A stretch of DNA of 63,945 bases, filler included, from Lama guanicoe (GCA_013239625.1; 82 parts of 79 records of this genome joined end to end with filler, not necessarily neighbours in it), one strand, 5' to 3'. Positions 25,080-38,637 are shown, counted from the whole stretch's first letter. Numbers and translations: made by a program. The notes: a model not told the origin generated them from the sequence alone.

Positions 25080-25819
25080 TGCAGATAGAAAATGAAGGGA
25101 AGCTGGCATTTGAAAGAAAGATAGAAAGCAAGAAAGAAAGAAAGAGAGGAAGGAAGGAATAATTGAATTCACACCTTTTACAGCTTTTAGCCTGAGGGCT
25201 TGTTCAGTGCCATGAGGACCAGCTAAAATTTCAGTAGAATCCTTTAGTATTTTTGAAGAACCACAGACTAGGTTTTAGGACAACCACTGTTCCTGGAATT
25301 TTAAGGGTAACATATAGAAAGGATACCACTGCAGAGGAACACCCCAAATTCCATGTAGAAAAATTTCCCTGTATGCTGAACTCTGAGTGTGCAGTTCAGA
25401 CTTATAAGCAGACCAGCTAAGTCCAAAAGAACTAATACAGTATTTAAGCTGCCACCCATCCCAGGGGTACCAAAATTTGCAATTTTAGTTCAACCCCATT
25501 AAGTGCTTGTTTAAAAAATAATAACACTCTTTGGAGAAACATAAGCAAATCAAGAGTTTTCTACAACATGAAATTCACTATTTCCAAGATAAAATTCTAA
25601 ATTGTTCAAAAGATGAACAAATGAGAAAACATAGTTTCTCAAGAGAAAAGACAAATAAGAGACAGAAACTTTGAGGTAGCCTAGATATTTGAATTAGCAA
25701 AATTTTAAAACAATGATCATTTGATTCTCAAGGACATCAAGGAAAGTATGCTATAATGCACAGAAATATCTCAGATGGGAAACAGAAACAATAAAAGTGA
25801 ACTAAGTTCTAGATTTGCT
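25080..25819 (+). mobile_element. Old L1 (L1M) 5' UTR/ORF1-start relic
   Basis: A-rich. CTCAAGAGAAAAGACAA...GAATTAGCA...GAAACAGAAACAATAAAA resembles the start of ancient L1 ORF1. Confidence 0.55.
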
Positions 25820-26766
25820 NNNNNNNNNNNNNNNNNNNNNNNNNNNNNNNNNNNNNNNNNNNNTTAATTAATTAANNNNNNNNNNNNNNNNNNNNNNNNN
25901 NNNNNNNNNNNNNNNNNNNCCGCTGCATCTCCCAGGAGCTGCTCCAGCCGGCGCGCCTAGCCTAGCGGTCGCCCAGCCACACCAAGACCTCAGCAGTAAG
26001 GAGGGGGCGCCAGGACCCCGCGCCGTTCCCGGGGGGCTGCATGTGAGCCCCCGGGTGCTCCACACCCTCCAAGCAACCGGCAGGCAGGAGTCGGGACCTA
26101 CCCCAGCCCAGGGACCGTGGACAATGTACAGGCGACGGAGCTATGCTCTCATTTCCTTTTGGAAACAGGACGGTAGAAGAACGTGAAAATGGAAATTAAG
26201 GATTTAAAAATTTTAGAATAATAATAAAATAAAATAACATAAAAGGAAAAAAACCTAGTTGAGTAAACCTATGAAATAAAAGGATAATAAGGTGTAATAG
26301 ACACACACGCAAAGCTCTGCATAAGGTATCACACACAAAGGAGCACTGGGAAGACTGCAGAACAGTGGTAAGAGTGTAACAGNNNNNNNNNNNNNNNNNN
26401 NNNNNNNNNNNNNNNNNNNNNNNNNNTTAATTAATTAANNNNNNNNNNNNNNNNNNNNNNNNNNNNNNNNNNNNNNNNNNNNAATACTTAATTTCTAAAA
26501 TAGAATTTAAAATGGAGCTTTTTAAGAATTTAAAAATTTGTCACTTAAGTTGCATTTATTGAATAAAGTTAATGACAGGTATCTCTTGAAAATTACAAGT
26601 CCTGGGACTTCAAAAATAAAATTTCTGTCTCCTTCATTAGCACGATTAATTATGGCTTTTACTTAGTGTGCATAAGTCAAATAAACAACTCAGAATCTCA
26701 TCAAATTAAAAACAAGAATTGTATCAGAAATCTGAAACCCAAGGGAAAGAAGATAACATAACTAAC

Positions 26767-27025
26767 CTTCAATAGATCGCTCACGCTCATGCTGGTTGTA
26801 GGGTGTGGAAAATCCCTGAAGCGCCTTTTTCGAGTAGGACGACTCCTTTCGGGCTCCACGCTAGTACTAGTACTTTCAGCAGTACTAGAACTTTCAGCAG
26901 TACTAGAACTTTCAGCAGGAGGCGGTCTGTCAACAGGCTGTGCGGGAACAGAGCCAAGGAAAGAACTCTTGTGCTGTTTCTCCAGCTGAAGTTCAGTGTT
27001 CATCTCAGCCAGCCTCTCATTAGCC
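26767..27025 (-). CDS. ANKRD26-like paralog, C-terminal coiled-coil exon (single exon)
   Basis: ANERLAEMNTELQLEKQHKSSFLGSVPAQPVDRPP resembles ANKRD26 TNERLAEVNTKLLVEKQQSRSL...RPVMEPP. Open frame between acceptor CGCAG| and donor AAG|GTTAGT. Confidence 0.8.
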
Positions 27026-27594
27026 CTGCGAGGATCGCAAAGCACAGATTTCATTCATTTTGTTTTCTTCCTAAGTGATGTGTATTTCTGAAGTTGCTAT
27101 AATTGTAAACAGATTGTCCCATTAAACTGCGTTTTAACACCAAAAATACGTCAGCAAAGACCTACTGTAAACGATTACAGTTTAAAACTGTCCTAAAGAA
27201 GGACACATGTCCCTGGGGGGGNNNNNNNNNNNNNNNNNNNNNNNNNNNNNNNNNNNNNNNNNNNNTTAATTAATTAANNNNNNNNNNNNNNNNNNNNNNN
27301 NNNNNNNNNNNNNNNNNNNNNATCAATTTGGAACAGATTACGATACTGACAATTGTTGACCTTGGATTTATGAGTTAGCTTGTTAGTCCAGTAAACTGAC
27401 AATAAACTTCAGATTTACGAGTTAGCCCAGAAAAACTTAGATCAGTAAACCAACACTTATCACACTTAGATTTGTGACTTAGATTGTTAGCCCAGCTGGG
27501 CTTTTCCTTCGCAGTGTCACTTATCTTTTCTATTTTTCTTTTTTTTTTACCAAATTTAATATCAAGGTTTTTTGGAAAAGAATTTCTCTTATTC

Positions 27595-27715
27595 TTTTCT
27601 TTGGGGCTCTTTTGGGGGTGTAGGTATTTAGGTGTATTTATCTGTTAGTGGAGGCCCTGGGGCTTAATCCCAGGACCCCATGCATGCTAAGCACATGCTC
27701 TACCACATGACCCAT
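27595..27715 (-). mobile_element. tRNA-Ala-derived SINE (camelid vic-1-like)
   Basis: CCCAGGACCCCATGCATGCTAAGCACATGCTCTACCAC is antisense to a tRNA-Ala(AGC)-like head and has a T-rich tail. Confidence 0.75.
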
Positions 27716-28831
27716 CATCTTTTTCTTTTTGCTTTAGCTGCCAAGAATCTTACAGCTGAATTTCTAGTCGGCCTTTAACACTTACCGTGACTTCATGGAA
27801 TCCATTTTTTTTTATGAGTTTATCTCCCCGTGGTTTCATTTAAGTATTGAATCTCCATTTTCTCTTCACTCTCAATTTTGCCTTTTTGTTGTTATGGTTG
27901 TTAAGCTGTGTTGAAAAAAATTGTTTAATTTCTCTTTTAGCAGGAGGCTCAAAGTGAATATGTAAACAAACAGCACACATAAATGGTTTTATACATTCTA
28001 AGCTGTTTAGTAGTTACTTAAAAGCCGGATTGAATATTAAAGTGATAACATTTTAAAATTATTTAATTTTTTATAAAGATACAGCTGATTTAAAATGATA
28101 TGTTTCAGGTGTACAATAGATGCTCCATTTATAGTTACTGTAANNNNNNNNNNNNNNNNNNNNNNNNNNNNNNNNNNNNNNNNNNNNTTAATTAATTAAN
28201 NNNNNNNNNNNNNNNNNNNNNNNNNNNNNNNNNNNNNNNNNNNGGGGGGTGAGAACTGCCCACCCACCCACGTCATTTTCCTGTGTGCCCATCTCTAGAA
28301 CAGTGGAGACTATCTGCTTATTAAAGCTCTCCAGATAAGATGATCCAGCCAAGAGTATAAACGTACCTGATGTTTAATAATTATGTTTAAATACCTTCCT
28401 TTTTATGTTTAACATAAATCCTCAAGTGCTATAGTCTCTGCTTATTAGCCCACCACTGGGGACTGACTGATCAGAGCCCATTGAGAGATGACCCTTTTTG
28501 GTGAGCTTAGTTTTCCCACAATTTCCTGCAAATTTCTCCTCCTTTTATATATGCATTTAAAAATCCATAACAGGAATTTGTTGAGTGCCTAGTAGGTGCT
28601 AGTCACTGTATTAAATGTTGTACATATATGTATGTGTGTGTATGTGTGTGTGTACAAGTTAATCACCCAAACAATCCTTATACTTATCTTCCTTTTGCAA
28701 ACGAAGATCCTGTGGCTTAAAGAGGGTAACTNNNNNNNNNNNNNNNNNNNNNNNNNNNNNNNNNNNNNNNNNNNNTTAATTAATTAANNNNNNNNNNNNN
28801 NNNNNNNNNNNNNNNNNNNNNNNNNNNNNNN

Positions 28832-29938
28832 CGTTTTGCAGTCTAGTTTTTTGAAAGCTTATCTTTTGGGCCTTCAATATTTTGGAACTGAAATTGGTAC
28901 TTCCGGTTTCTTTTATTATACTTTTTCATCTCTAATTGTCAGGTAATATCAGGTATTTAATGTAGACTTCTAGGGCTTGGTTAAGTGAAAATTTTAGACT
29001 CTTGGCTCTACGCAATTCCATGGGATTTCTGTGAGGACAAATTCTCCAAGACATTGATGCCATATTCTGTTCCTGTGTGTGTTGTCTGGTATATCTCCAA
29101 TTGCTGGTGTTGCATTTGTTGTGATGGACAACCCATACTATTTCGATTAGCATAACTTCATTTTGATTACGCTTATCTCACAATTCTGAAAGTGCGCAGG
29201 ACACTTCCTCTTGAGGAAATGAGGCTTCTAAAGGTTCTGAGCTCTGCATTCTGCTCTATGTCATTTTGGAGTGTTTCCAAACAGCAAACTGAGTGTGCGC
29301 TTGTGCTTTGTAGTGCCACTGNNNNNNNNNNNNNNNNNNNNNNNNNNNNNNNNNNNNNNNNNNNNNNNNNNNNNNNNNNNNNNNNNNNNNNNNNNNNNNN
29401 NNNNNNNNNNNNNNNNNNNNNNNNNNNNNNNNNNNNNNNNNNNNNNNNNNNNNNNNNNNNNNNNNNNNNNNNNNNNNNNNNNNNNNNNNNNNNNNNNNNN
29501 NNNNNNNNNNNNNNNNNNNNNNNNNNNNNNNNNNNNNNNNNNNNNNNNNNNNNNNNNNNNNNNNNNNNNNNNNNNNNNNNNNNNNNNNNNNNNNNNNNNN
29601 NNNNNNNNNNNNNNNNNNNNNNNNNNNNNNNNNNNNNNNNNNNNNNNNNNNNNNNNNNNNNNNNNNNNNNNNNNNNNNNNNNNNNNNNNNNNNNNNNNNC
29701 CCTCAGACCAGATGCACAATAGCTCTGATTCAGCCCCACATGTGCTCTATTGGCAAAATGCCCAATTGGTCCCTGGTCCTGCAGATGCACTGGGTGTGGC
29801 CATGGGACATATCGGTAATCTCAACCGCGCGACCAGTGTGGTTGATTTATCATTCGTACACTGTTTGGTTTGCTCTCTTGATTCGACCAACCACATCCTA
29901 CAACGCACTCCAGATCGCTGAGACTCAGCGTGTGCCAT
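28832..29938 (+). repeat. Long-unit unclassified repeat, copy 1
   Basis: 29089-29927 is colinear with 59539-60389. Confidence 0.85.
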
Positions 29939-30038
29939 NNNNNNNNNNNNNNNNNNNNNNNNNNNNNNNNNNNNNNNNNNNNTTAATTAATTAANNNNNN
30001 NNNNNNNNNNNNNNNNNNNNNNNNNNNNNNNNNNNNNN

Positions 30039-30462
30039 GGCCCAGTTTGATTATCTCACTTTTGCCTCTGAAATGGCTTATTTTCAGAAAAGTATAACTT
30101 ACCCCTAAAATTTTATTGGTTCCCTGAGCTAACTCCTGATTGTAGTACTTCATTTGCATTTAGCTCCCTCCTGATTGGTTATTTCTCTCACTCCTGATTG
30201 GTCCATTTCCCTCACTCATGATTGGTCCATTTCTACAATGCTTCTTACTGATTAGTCACCTTTGTTATACCTTATTTGCATTTGATGTTCCAAAATGTTG
30301 CAAAGTCTAGAGTGATAGCCTATAAAAGCCTATGTAAACCTGCAGATAGGGCCCAGAGCTCTCAGTGTTAACTCCTCTGGGTCAGCTGGTGTGATAAACA
30401 TGACTTCTCCAACTGTCCGAAGGCTGCTTGCTCTCTCACCTCGATCCAGGTTGCATTCACAA
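30039..30462 (+). mobile_element. ERV LTR (U3-R-U5 part)
   Basis: Repeated ATTGG boxes, TATAAAA at 30321, a degenerate polyA signal (GATAAA) and an LTR-like ...CACAA end. Confidence 0.7.
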
Positions 30463-32799
30463 CTGAAATGAGCTGAAATGACTTGTATTTTAAAGACATG
30501 AAAGTGGTTTTGTTTGAATGAACTTTATGGGGAAAATACAAAGGAAGCTGGCAGAGCCCTTGGGTTCCATGGTTCTTGTCGGAGCGCATGATGCAGAGTG
30601 GATAGTGACTGGGGCTTTCAGTATAGAGTTTTCAGATTGGCTGTCTCATTGGAAGTGGGGCATGAAGGAAGGGAAAGAGTTGGTGATGAATCCTGGAGGT
30701 TTCATTTTTCTCGTGGATTTGTGTGGGATATTTTACCTTTTTTAAAAAAATAGTTGTGTTTGTGAGAAGCATCAGCTTTAATCTGACCTCAGAGAAGTAG
30801 TTAAGAATAATTTTTTGTGTATTTCCAATTTCTCTGTTTTGTATCCATTGGCTATGAACAATAGTTTGTGCAAGTGGTCCTTTTTCCACCCCGTTGNNNN
30901 NNNNNNNNNNNNNNNNNNNNNNNNNNNNNNNNNNNNNNNNTTAATTAATTAANNNNNNNNNNNNNNNNNNNNNNNNNNNNNNNNNNNNNNNNNNNNGACA
31001 AGCTGAGGCCTGCAGAGCCCTCACCACGCCGGCTCGTGTCACCTGTCACCTGTGGGCCCGAAGAAGACACATTCCCTTCTGTCTTATTTGCCTTTGCATC
31101 CCCAGAACCTAGCCCAGACCTGGCACAGAGCAAATCCCACTAGGATGAAATGTCGGGAAAAAATAAAGCAGCCGCCATGGGCCCATGGGGCCAGTGGGAC
31201 AGGACCTGGAGTCCTGGGGGTTCCAGGACAGCCCTTCTGTCTCCTATGCCCCGCTCTCTCTCCACAGCCCAAGAGTCCTCGAGGTTTGGGGGTTGCAGAA
31301 GTGGGAGGGGAGGGGAGGGGAGGGCAGGAGAGAGGTGTGAGGAAGTGGGGAAGGCACTCCTGCCATGTGAGTGTTGTGTCATTAGCAGCAGCCTCTCCAG
31401 CATCGTGAGAGCAGCCAGATGGTCTGTGTGGCACCCAGATGAAAAGACAGAGAAGTTTGAGGGGAATTTCCTGTTCATGACATCCACTGGGCTCGAGCCT
31501 TCACTGTAAGTTCACNNNNNNNNNNNNNNNNNNNNNNNNNNNNNNNNNNNNNNNNNNNNNNNNNNNNNNNNNNNNNNNNNNNNNNNNNNNNNNNNNNNNN
31601 NNNNNNNNNNNNNNNNNNNNNNNNNNNNNNNNNNNNNNNNNNNNNNNNNNNNNNNNNNNNNNNNNNNNNNNNNNNNNNNNNNNNNNNNNNNNNNNNNNNN
31701 NNNNNNNNNNNNNNNNNNNNNNNNNNNNNNNNNNNNNNNNNNNNNNNNNNNNNNNNNNNNNNNNNNNNNNNNNNNNNNNNNNNNNNNNNNNNNNNNNNNN
31801 NNNNNNNNNNNNNNNNNNNNNNNNNNNNNNNNNNNNNNNNNNNNNNNNNNNNNNNNNNNNNNNNNNNNNNNNNNNNNNNNNNNNNNNNNNNNNNNNNNNN
31901 NNNNNNNNNNNNNNNNNNNNNNNNNNNNNNNNNNNNNNNNNNNNNNNNNNNNNNNNNNNNNNNNNNNNNNNNNNNNNNNNNNNNNNNNNNNNNNNNNNNN
32001 NNNNNNNNNNNNNNNNNNNNNNNNNNNNNNNNNNNNNNNNNNNNNNNNNNNNNNNNNNNNNNNNNNNNNNNNNNNNNNNNNNNNNNNNNNNNNNNNNNNN
32101 NNNNNNNNNNNNNNNNNNNNNNNNNNNNNNNNNNNNNNNNNNNNNNNNNNNNNNNNNNNNNNNNNNNNNNNNNNNNNNNNNNNNNNNNNNNNNNNNNNNN
32201 NNNNNNNNNNNNNNNNNNNNNNNNNNNNNNNNNNNNNNNNNNNNNNNNNNNNNNNNNNNNNNNNNNNNNNNNNNNNNNNNNNNNNNNNNNNNNNNNNNNN
32301 NNNNNNNNNNNNGAGGCAAGGATTCCTCCCCTCCCCGCCACCAGCACCAGTCAGCCTGGAGGGCATCTCCATCCACCAGTGGCCTCTCTGAACCTCACCT
32401 CCTTGCTGGGGCCTCACCCACATCATAGCCCCTTTGTAAGAAAGCCCCAAACAGGAGCCCCAAGCTGGAGAAATTTAGGGAAAGGGGCCTAGTACTAACC
32501 AAAGGGCCAAGCACAACGTATGGCAGGGAGGGAGGACGCACCACCTGGGAGCTCATGTAATGTAAATCCAGGGATGCTAACAGCGACGGCTGTCAATGCT
32601 TGAGCACTTCCTTGTCCCATGGCACAGCTAAGCCCTTTCGCACATTCTCACCCAACAGCCAAACACGCAAGGCAGGCAGGTCCTACTATCATCACCCTCN
32701 NNNNNNNNNNNNNNNNNNNNNNNNNNNNNNNNNNNNNNNNNNNTTAATTAATTAANNNNNNNNNNNNNNNNNNNNNNNNNNNNNNNNNNNNNNNNNNNN

Positions 32800-33262
32800 A
32801 TATAGAATTAAGAACACAAAATATTGAATATATAAAAGAGAATATAGACCTAGAATTTAGTAATGGAGTACAGAACACAGAATTTAAATATATAATACAA
32901 AATACTGAATATAGAATTTAGAATATAGAATGTAGAACACAAAATATAGAATATGGAAAACAGAATACAGAACCCAAAATTTAGAACATGGAATGCAGAA
33001 CACAGAATTTAGATTATAGAATACAGAATACTGAATATAGAATATAGAATATAGAATGTAAAACACAGAATATAGAATATAGTATACGGAATTCAGAATA
33101 GAGTATGTGGTATATAGAATTAAGAACCCAAAATATAGAATATATAATAGAAAATATAGAAGCCAGAATTTAGAATTTGGAATGCAGGCCACAGAATTTA
33201 GAATATAGAATACAGAATATTGAATATAGAATGTTGTATATAGAACGTAGAACAGAGAATTC
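32800..33262 (-). repeat. Heptamer satellite family A
   Basis: TATAGAA-type 7-mers. Confidence 0.95.
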
Positions 33263-34615
33263 NNNNNNNNNNNNNNNNNNNNNNNNNNNNNNNNNNNNNN
33301 NNNNNNTTAATTAATTAANNNNNNNNNNNNNNNNNNNNNNNNNNNNNNNNNNNNNNNNNNNNAGCTACAACAAAAACAAACGTCTCATTTGTGCAGCGTC
33401 GCCCTCTGGAGGCCAGAGGCAGAACCAGCGATCCGTGGGAGCTGAGTCCTTTTCGTTTCTGAGACATGAGCATCAAAATCAGCAGAATGTATTCCTTCCT
33501 TCCCCAATCTGTGATGATGTCATCGTCTGTAGTAGGCTGTATTAATACTAACATGAATGAGAAATGGGGGTTATGTAAAAATAGAAGAGTAATTTACTTC
33601 CCTGAGAAATGAGTCACAGAANNNNNNNNNNNNNNNNNNNNNNNNNNNNNNNNNNNNNNNNNNNNTTAATTAATTAANNNNNNNNNNNNNNNNNNNNNNN
33701 NNNNNNNNNNNNNNNNNNNNNCTGTGATGGTCTACAGCTGGGAGCAACCAGATCAGTGTCAGTCCCCTTGAAGCCACTGGCTGGGAGCCTGCATATTACC
33801 TGGAATGATATTTGAATCATGTCACACTAGCCGTGCCTTCGCTGTGGGCTGGGAGGCGAGTCAGTCAGAATCTGCATTATGGAATGTATGTTTCAGATCC
33901 ACAGCTAGGAGATCTTTTTTAATAGCCAGAGAATGTAGTCATAAATATATCTATTAATGTATTTATGTAAGAACTGTTTTAAAGATTTTTTTAAAAGTTA
34001 CCCCCCAAAATTGAAAATGAAAGAACAGTGGAAGAAAAAATCATCTGTACCTTAATTATACATAAAGAATCTTAAAATCCTTCTAAACATTTTTTTGTTC
34101 AAATGAAGATATTTTTCCCTTCCAAAAAGGAAAATTATCATTTCACATTTTTTGCTTTCTCCTTTTATTATATATTCCATTTGAATAAATATAATTCTTT
34201 TAAATCCCTTTTAATGGCTGTTTAACACTATATTGAACAGATATGTAAATAGTCCTAGGTTTCAGAAATTTATAAAATTGTCATTGCAATGCCACTGCAA
34301 AGAATATTTTGGTGTTTCTATTTTTAGTTACTAATTTGGACAAAAATTAACAAGTTTGCTTTTTCGTCTAAAACATTCGTTATTTTATGAATGAATTGTA
34401 AGGATTTTATATAACTTTTCAGTAATTTCAACAAAGAAATTATCTTTCAGGCAAAAATATATGATAGTTTGCAAATCTATTTTTATTATATCTTCACCTT
34501 TACCAGTGTCATATGNNNNNNNNNNNNNNNNNNNNNNNNNNNNNNNNNNNNNNNNNNNNTTAATTAATTAANNNNNNNNNNNNNNNNNNNNNNNNNNNNN
34601 NNNNNNNNNNNNNNN

Positions 34616-35020
34616 AGTTTTTGTGTGAATTCTTCAGGGTTTTCTATATATAATAGTATATCATTTGCATATAAGGACAGTTTTACCTCTTCTCTTCCAA
34701 CTTGGATCCCTTTTATTTCTTCTCCTTGTCTAATAGCTATGTCTAGGACTTCCAATACTGTATTGAATAGAAGTGGTGAGAGTGGACATCCTTGTTTTGT
34801 TCCAGATTTTAGGGGGGAAGCTTTCAGCTTTTCACCATTGAGTACTATGCTGGCTGTAGATTAAGATTTGTCATAAATAGCTTTTATTATGTCATGATAT
34901 ATTCCCTCTATACCCACTTTGGTAAAAGTTTTTATCATAAATGGGTGTTCAATTTTATCAAATGCTTTTTCTGCATCTGTTGAGATAATCATGTGATTTT
35001 TATTTGTCCTTTCTCTTGTT
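34616..35020 (-). mobile_element. L1 ORF2 reverse transcriptase relic
   Basis: [39 protein letters not shown]. Confidence 0.93.
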
Positions 35021-35725
35021 ATATCCTTTTATAATAAACTGGTAATCCAGTAAGTAAAATGTTTCNNNNNNNNNNNNNNNNNNNNNNNNNNNNNNNNNNN
35101 NNNNNNNNNTTAATTAATTAANNNNNNNNNNNNNNNNNNNNNNNNNNNNNNNNNNNNNNNNNNNNGATTGTCAAAGAAATACACTTTTAAGTATATTTGG
35201 GGTTGAAATCAAGATCCAGACAAGGTTCAGAAATTGCAGCTAGCATATCTCTCACGTGCATTCTAATCTATAATTTTCCTCTTTCTCATTTTCCTTGAAA
35301 CTGCTGAGGGGTTTCTCTATTTCCTGTTTGGCTGATTTCATTCTCCCCTGTGGTGTTAGACTTGTTTCTCCATCCTATGTATTTGCTTTAGCTAAGTGAT
35401 TTGATCGTCCCCTAAAAGCTTGATCTGATTGAGGTTCAACTTTGTGCAAAAATACTTGTTATGTGAAGTTTTAACTCCTGTCATAAGGTACATAATGTAC
35501 AGTTGACTCTCTTTTTTGTGATGACAGCAGCCAATAATGATTGTCACCTGGGACCATTATTTCATAAGGGATTTTATTTCATGTGGTCAAACTCTAATTT
35601 CCTCCCTCAAATATCAGCAGGATCACAGTCATGAAGAGGCACTTTCTCATTAACCTGGGTTATCCTGTGGAACACAGTTTTAAAAGAAGATATTTGTAAA
35701 TATGTAAATATTTAAAATTGATAAA

Positions 35726-35830
35726 TTTTTTTTTCTTTTTAATTTTTTATTCTAATGGAGGTACTGAAGTTTGAATCTAGGACCTTATGCCTACTGAGCA
35801 CACACTCTGCCACTGAGTGTACCCCATTCC
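35726..35830 (-). mobile_element. tRNA-Ala-derived SINE (vic-1-like)
   Basis: T tract followed by ATGGAGGTACTG...AGGACCT...CTCTGCCACTGAG. Confidence 0.7.
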
Positions 35831-35977
35831 CCTTGAGATTCATATTTATATGATATTTTCCTTCTGTTATTTTTGTTNNNNNNNNNNNNNNNNNNNNNNN
35901 NNNNNNNNNNNNNNNNNNNNNTTAATTAATTAANNNNNNNNNNNNNNNNNNNNNNNNNNNNNNNNNNNNNNNNNNNN

Positions 35978-36518
35978 CGCCACTTCTTTTTAACATGGTA
36001 CTGGAAGTCCTAGCCAAAGATTAGGCGAGAAAAATATATAAAAAGATTCTCAAATTGAAAAGGAAGAGAAAAAAACTGTCTCTATTTGCAAATGACATCT
36101 TATACATAGAAAACCCAAAAGACATCACATAAAAACTGTTAGAGAACTAAACATATTCAGTTTTCAGTTGCAGGATACAAACTATAGTGTTTTTATACCA
36201 ACAATAAACTAAAAAGAAATTAGAAAAACAATCCCATTTACAATAGCATCACAAGGAGTAAAAGTAAAATACAATAACCTTAATTATGGAGGTGAAAGAC
36301 TTGTACACTGAAAAGTATAAAACGTTGATGAAACAAATTAAAGATAACACAAATAAATGGAAAAACATCTGGTGCTTATGGCATGGAAGACTTATTGTTA
36401 AAATGTAATCTATAGATTCAGTGCAATCCCGATGGCATTTTTTACAGAAATAGAGAAAAACAATTCAAAGGCCAAAAATAATCTTTAGAAAAGTACAAGA
36501 AAGCTAGATGCATCAAAC
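35978..36518 (+). mobile_element. L1 ORF2 RT and post-RT relic
   Basis: CTGGAAGTCCTAGCC, CTGTCTCTATTTGCAAATGAC, CAATCCCATTTACAATAGCA. Confidence 0.9.
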
Positions 36519-36659
36519 NNNNNNNNNNNNNNNNNNNNNNNNNNNNNNNNNNNNNNNNNNNNTTAATTAATTAANNNNNNNNNNNNNNNNNNNNNNNNNN
36601 NNNNNNNNNNNNNNNNNNGAGACCACAGGCTCTTATCAATGACATAAAGACTATCCTAA

Positions 36660-36737
36660 AAAAATAACAATAATAATAACAACAGCAGCAACAACAACAA
36701 CAACAACAACAAAACAACAACAACAATAATAATAATA
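36660..36737. repeat. Compound (AAC/AAT)n microsatellite
   Basis: Read directly from the sequence. Confidence 0.9.
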
Positions 36738-36747
36738 CATCCTTTGT

Positions 36748-37148
36748 TTACCAAAGCCTTTGTTTGAGAAACTCTGCTCTATCTATCATTTTCCTCAGGG
36801 CATCTTTAACATCTTTATTCTTAAGCTGCAGATCAAGGGATTCAACATGGGAATCACCACCATGTAGAAACACCACTTTATCCCTTTCCAGGGCATAGCT
36901 AGTACTTGGCCGGGAGTGAATGAAGAGAATGGAACCATAGTACAAGGTGACAGCTGTCAAGTGAGAGCCACAGGTGGAGAAGGCCTTGAGGTGGCCTTGG
37001 GTGGGGTGGATCTTCAGGATGGCAGCAATGATGAAGAGATAGCAGGCCAGGATAAACACAGAGGGAGTGATGACATTGGAGGCAAGTATAAAATAGAGAA
37101 CCACCTGGTAACTCTCTTCCACATCACAAGCCAACTTGACAAGTGGAG
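36748..37148 (-). pseudogene. Olfactory receptor (OR9G-like) 3' half, frameshifted in TM7
   Basis: Contains KAFSTCGSHL and NKDVKDAL. PMLNPLI.SL is present only in a shifted frame. Confidence 0.9.
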
Positions 37149-38139
37149 NNNNNNNNNNNNNNNNNNNNNNNNNNNNNNNNNNNNNNNNNNNNTTAATTAA
37201 TTAANNNNNNNNNNNNNNNNNNNNNNNNNNNNNNNNNNNNNNNNNNNNGTGCAATTCACTCTTTCCTAATAATCATGAATAGGGAATTGATGTATGTAGA
37301 ATTGATGTAATTCTATTCTTTATATTGTTCCTATATTTTTGATCATACAGGCAGCATTTATACTCTACACAGTAAAGTTTATATGTAAATGGCTGTACAT
37401 TCCACAGCATATTTTGTTTAGAAATCACCTATGTGTAGTGATGGTCATTTGAAAGCCTCAATAATCTGAAAACATTATTGCAATAATACACTTTATCAAG
37501 AATCAAAACAAAATATCCCAGCATTTGGCCAAATGTGAATAATGAGCAACTTCAGATTTGAAAAAAAAGCACAATTATTGAATGATCTAAGAATCAGTTA
37601 GCCTTTGAGCTAGTGAGTTAAGGATGACACAGCCAAGTGACTTCTTTAGTCCCAAAAGGATGGAAAGGGCTCTGCCCTCAATGTACCAGAAAACCCATTC
37701 TAGAGACAAAAATTAACGTCCCACCCAGCTGTGCCAACATCTGTTTGCCTGTGCTCTGGGGAAGAATAAATGTTAAATAAAAGATGATGATGAATAGAAA
37801 CATTGCTAAGAAAACTGTGTAAGATAGTCACAGCATGAAGAGAAATCCTGTTTCGCTGAGACTTATGGTGGTTTTACAGGTGGGTATGATTTACTGATTT
37901 AAACTTTCTCCACCGTGTAAAAAGTAATATGAATGTAACACATTTTCTCCATGATTTTATGATATATAGCAAACTAAAATTTTTGCTTAACCCAAACTGT
38001 NNNNNNNNNNNNNNNNNNNNNNNNNNNNNNNNNNNNNNNNNNNNTTAATTAATTAANNNNNNNNNNNNNNNNNNNNNNNNNNNNNNNNNNNNNNNNNNNN
38101 TCAGGAAATGCACTTTAGTGTGAAATCCTGGAGGGAGAA

Positions 38140-38637
38140 GAAAGTTAGATTGTAGCTGATGGTTTATTTAAAGAAGTAATAGTTGATAACTTTCCAAACC
38201 TGTGTAAGGAACTGATATACAAGTCCGTGAGGCAACAAAACACCAATAACTTTAAGGCAAAGAGACCTTCAAGATACGTCAGATGCAAATTGACAACTCA
38301 ATGACAGAGGAAAATTTTAAACACAGCCAGAAAATATTATAATAATCTACAAAGGAACCACCATTAGGATTTCAGCAGATTTCTCAGCAGAAAACATTGG
38401 CCAAGGGTAAATAAAATGACATTTTCAAACTCCTGAAATAATAAACCTCTCACCCAAGAATACCCTACCATGCACATTTATCACGTAGGTATAAAGTGAA
38501 AATAAAGACTTTACCAGACAAAAAAACCTGAATGAGATTAAAAAACAAAACTGAGACACCTTACACGGGGTGCAGAAAATAGCTTTAGTAAGAAAAATAA
38601 AAGAGCAAAAATATGCAAAACATTGAACAAAATGCTA
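38140..38637 (+). mobile_element. L1/HAL1 ORF1 relic
   Basis: TACAAAGGAACCACCATTAGGATTTCAGCAGATTTCTCAGCAGAA (YKGTTIRISADFSAE) and CCAAGAATA (PRI). Confidence 0.8.

Noticed and set aside
27648..27715. tRNA-Ala-like sequence (also at 35755-35826)
   Set aside because: It is degenerate and has a SINE tail; not a functional tRNA gene.
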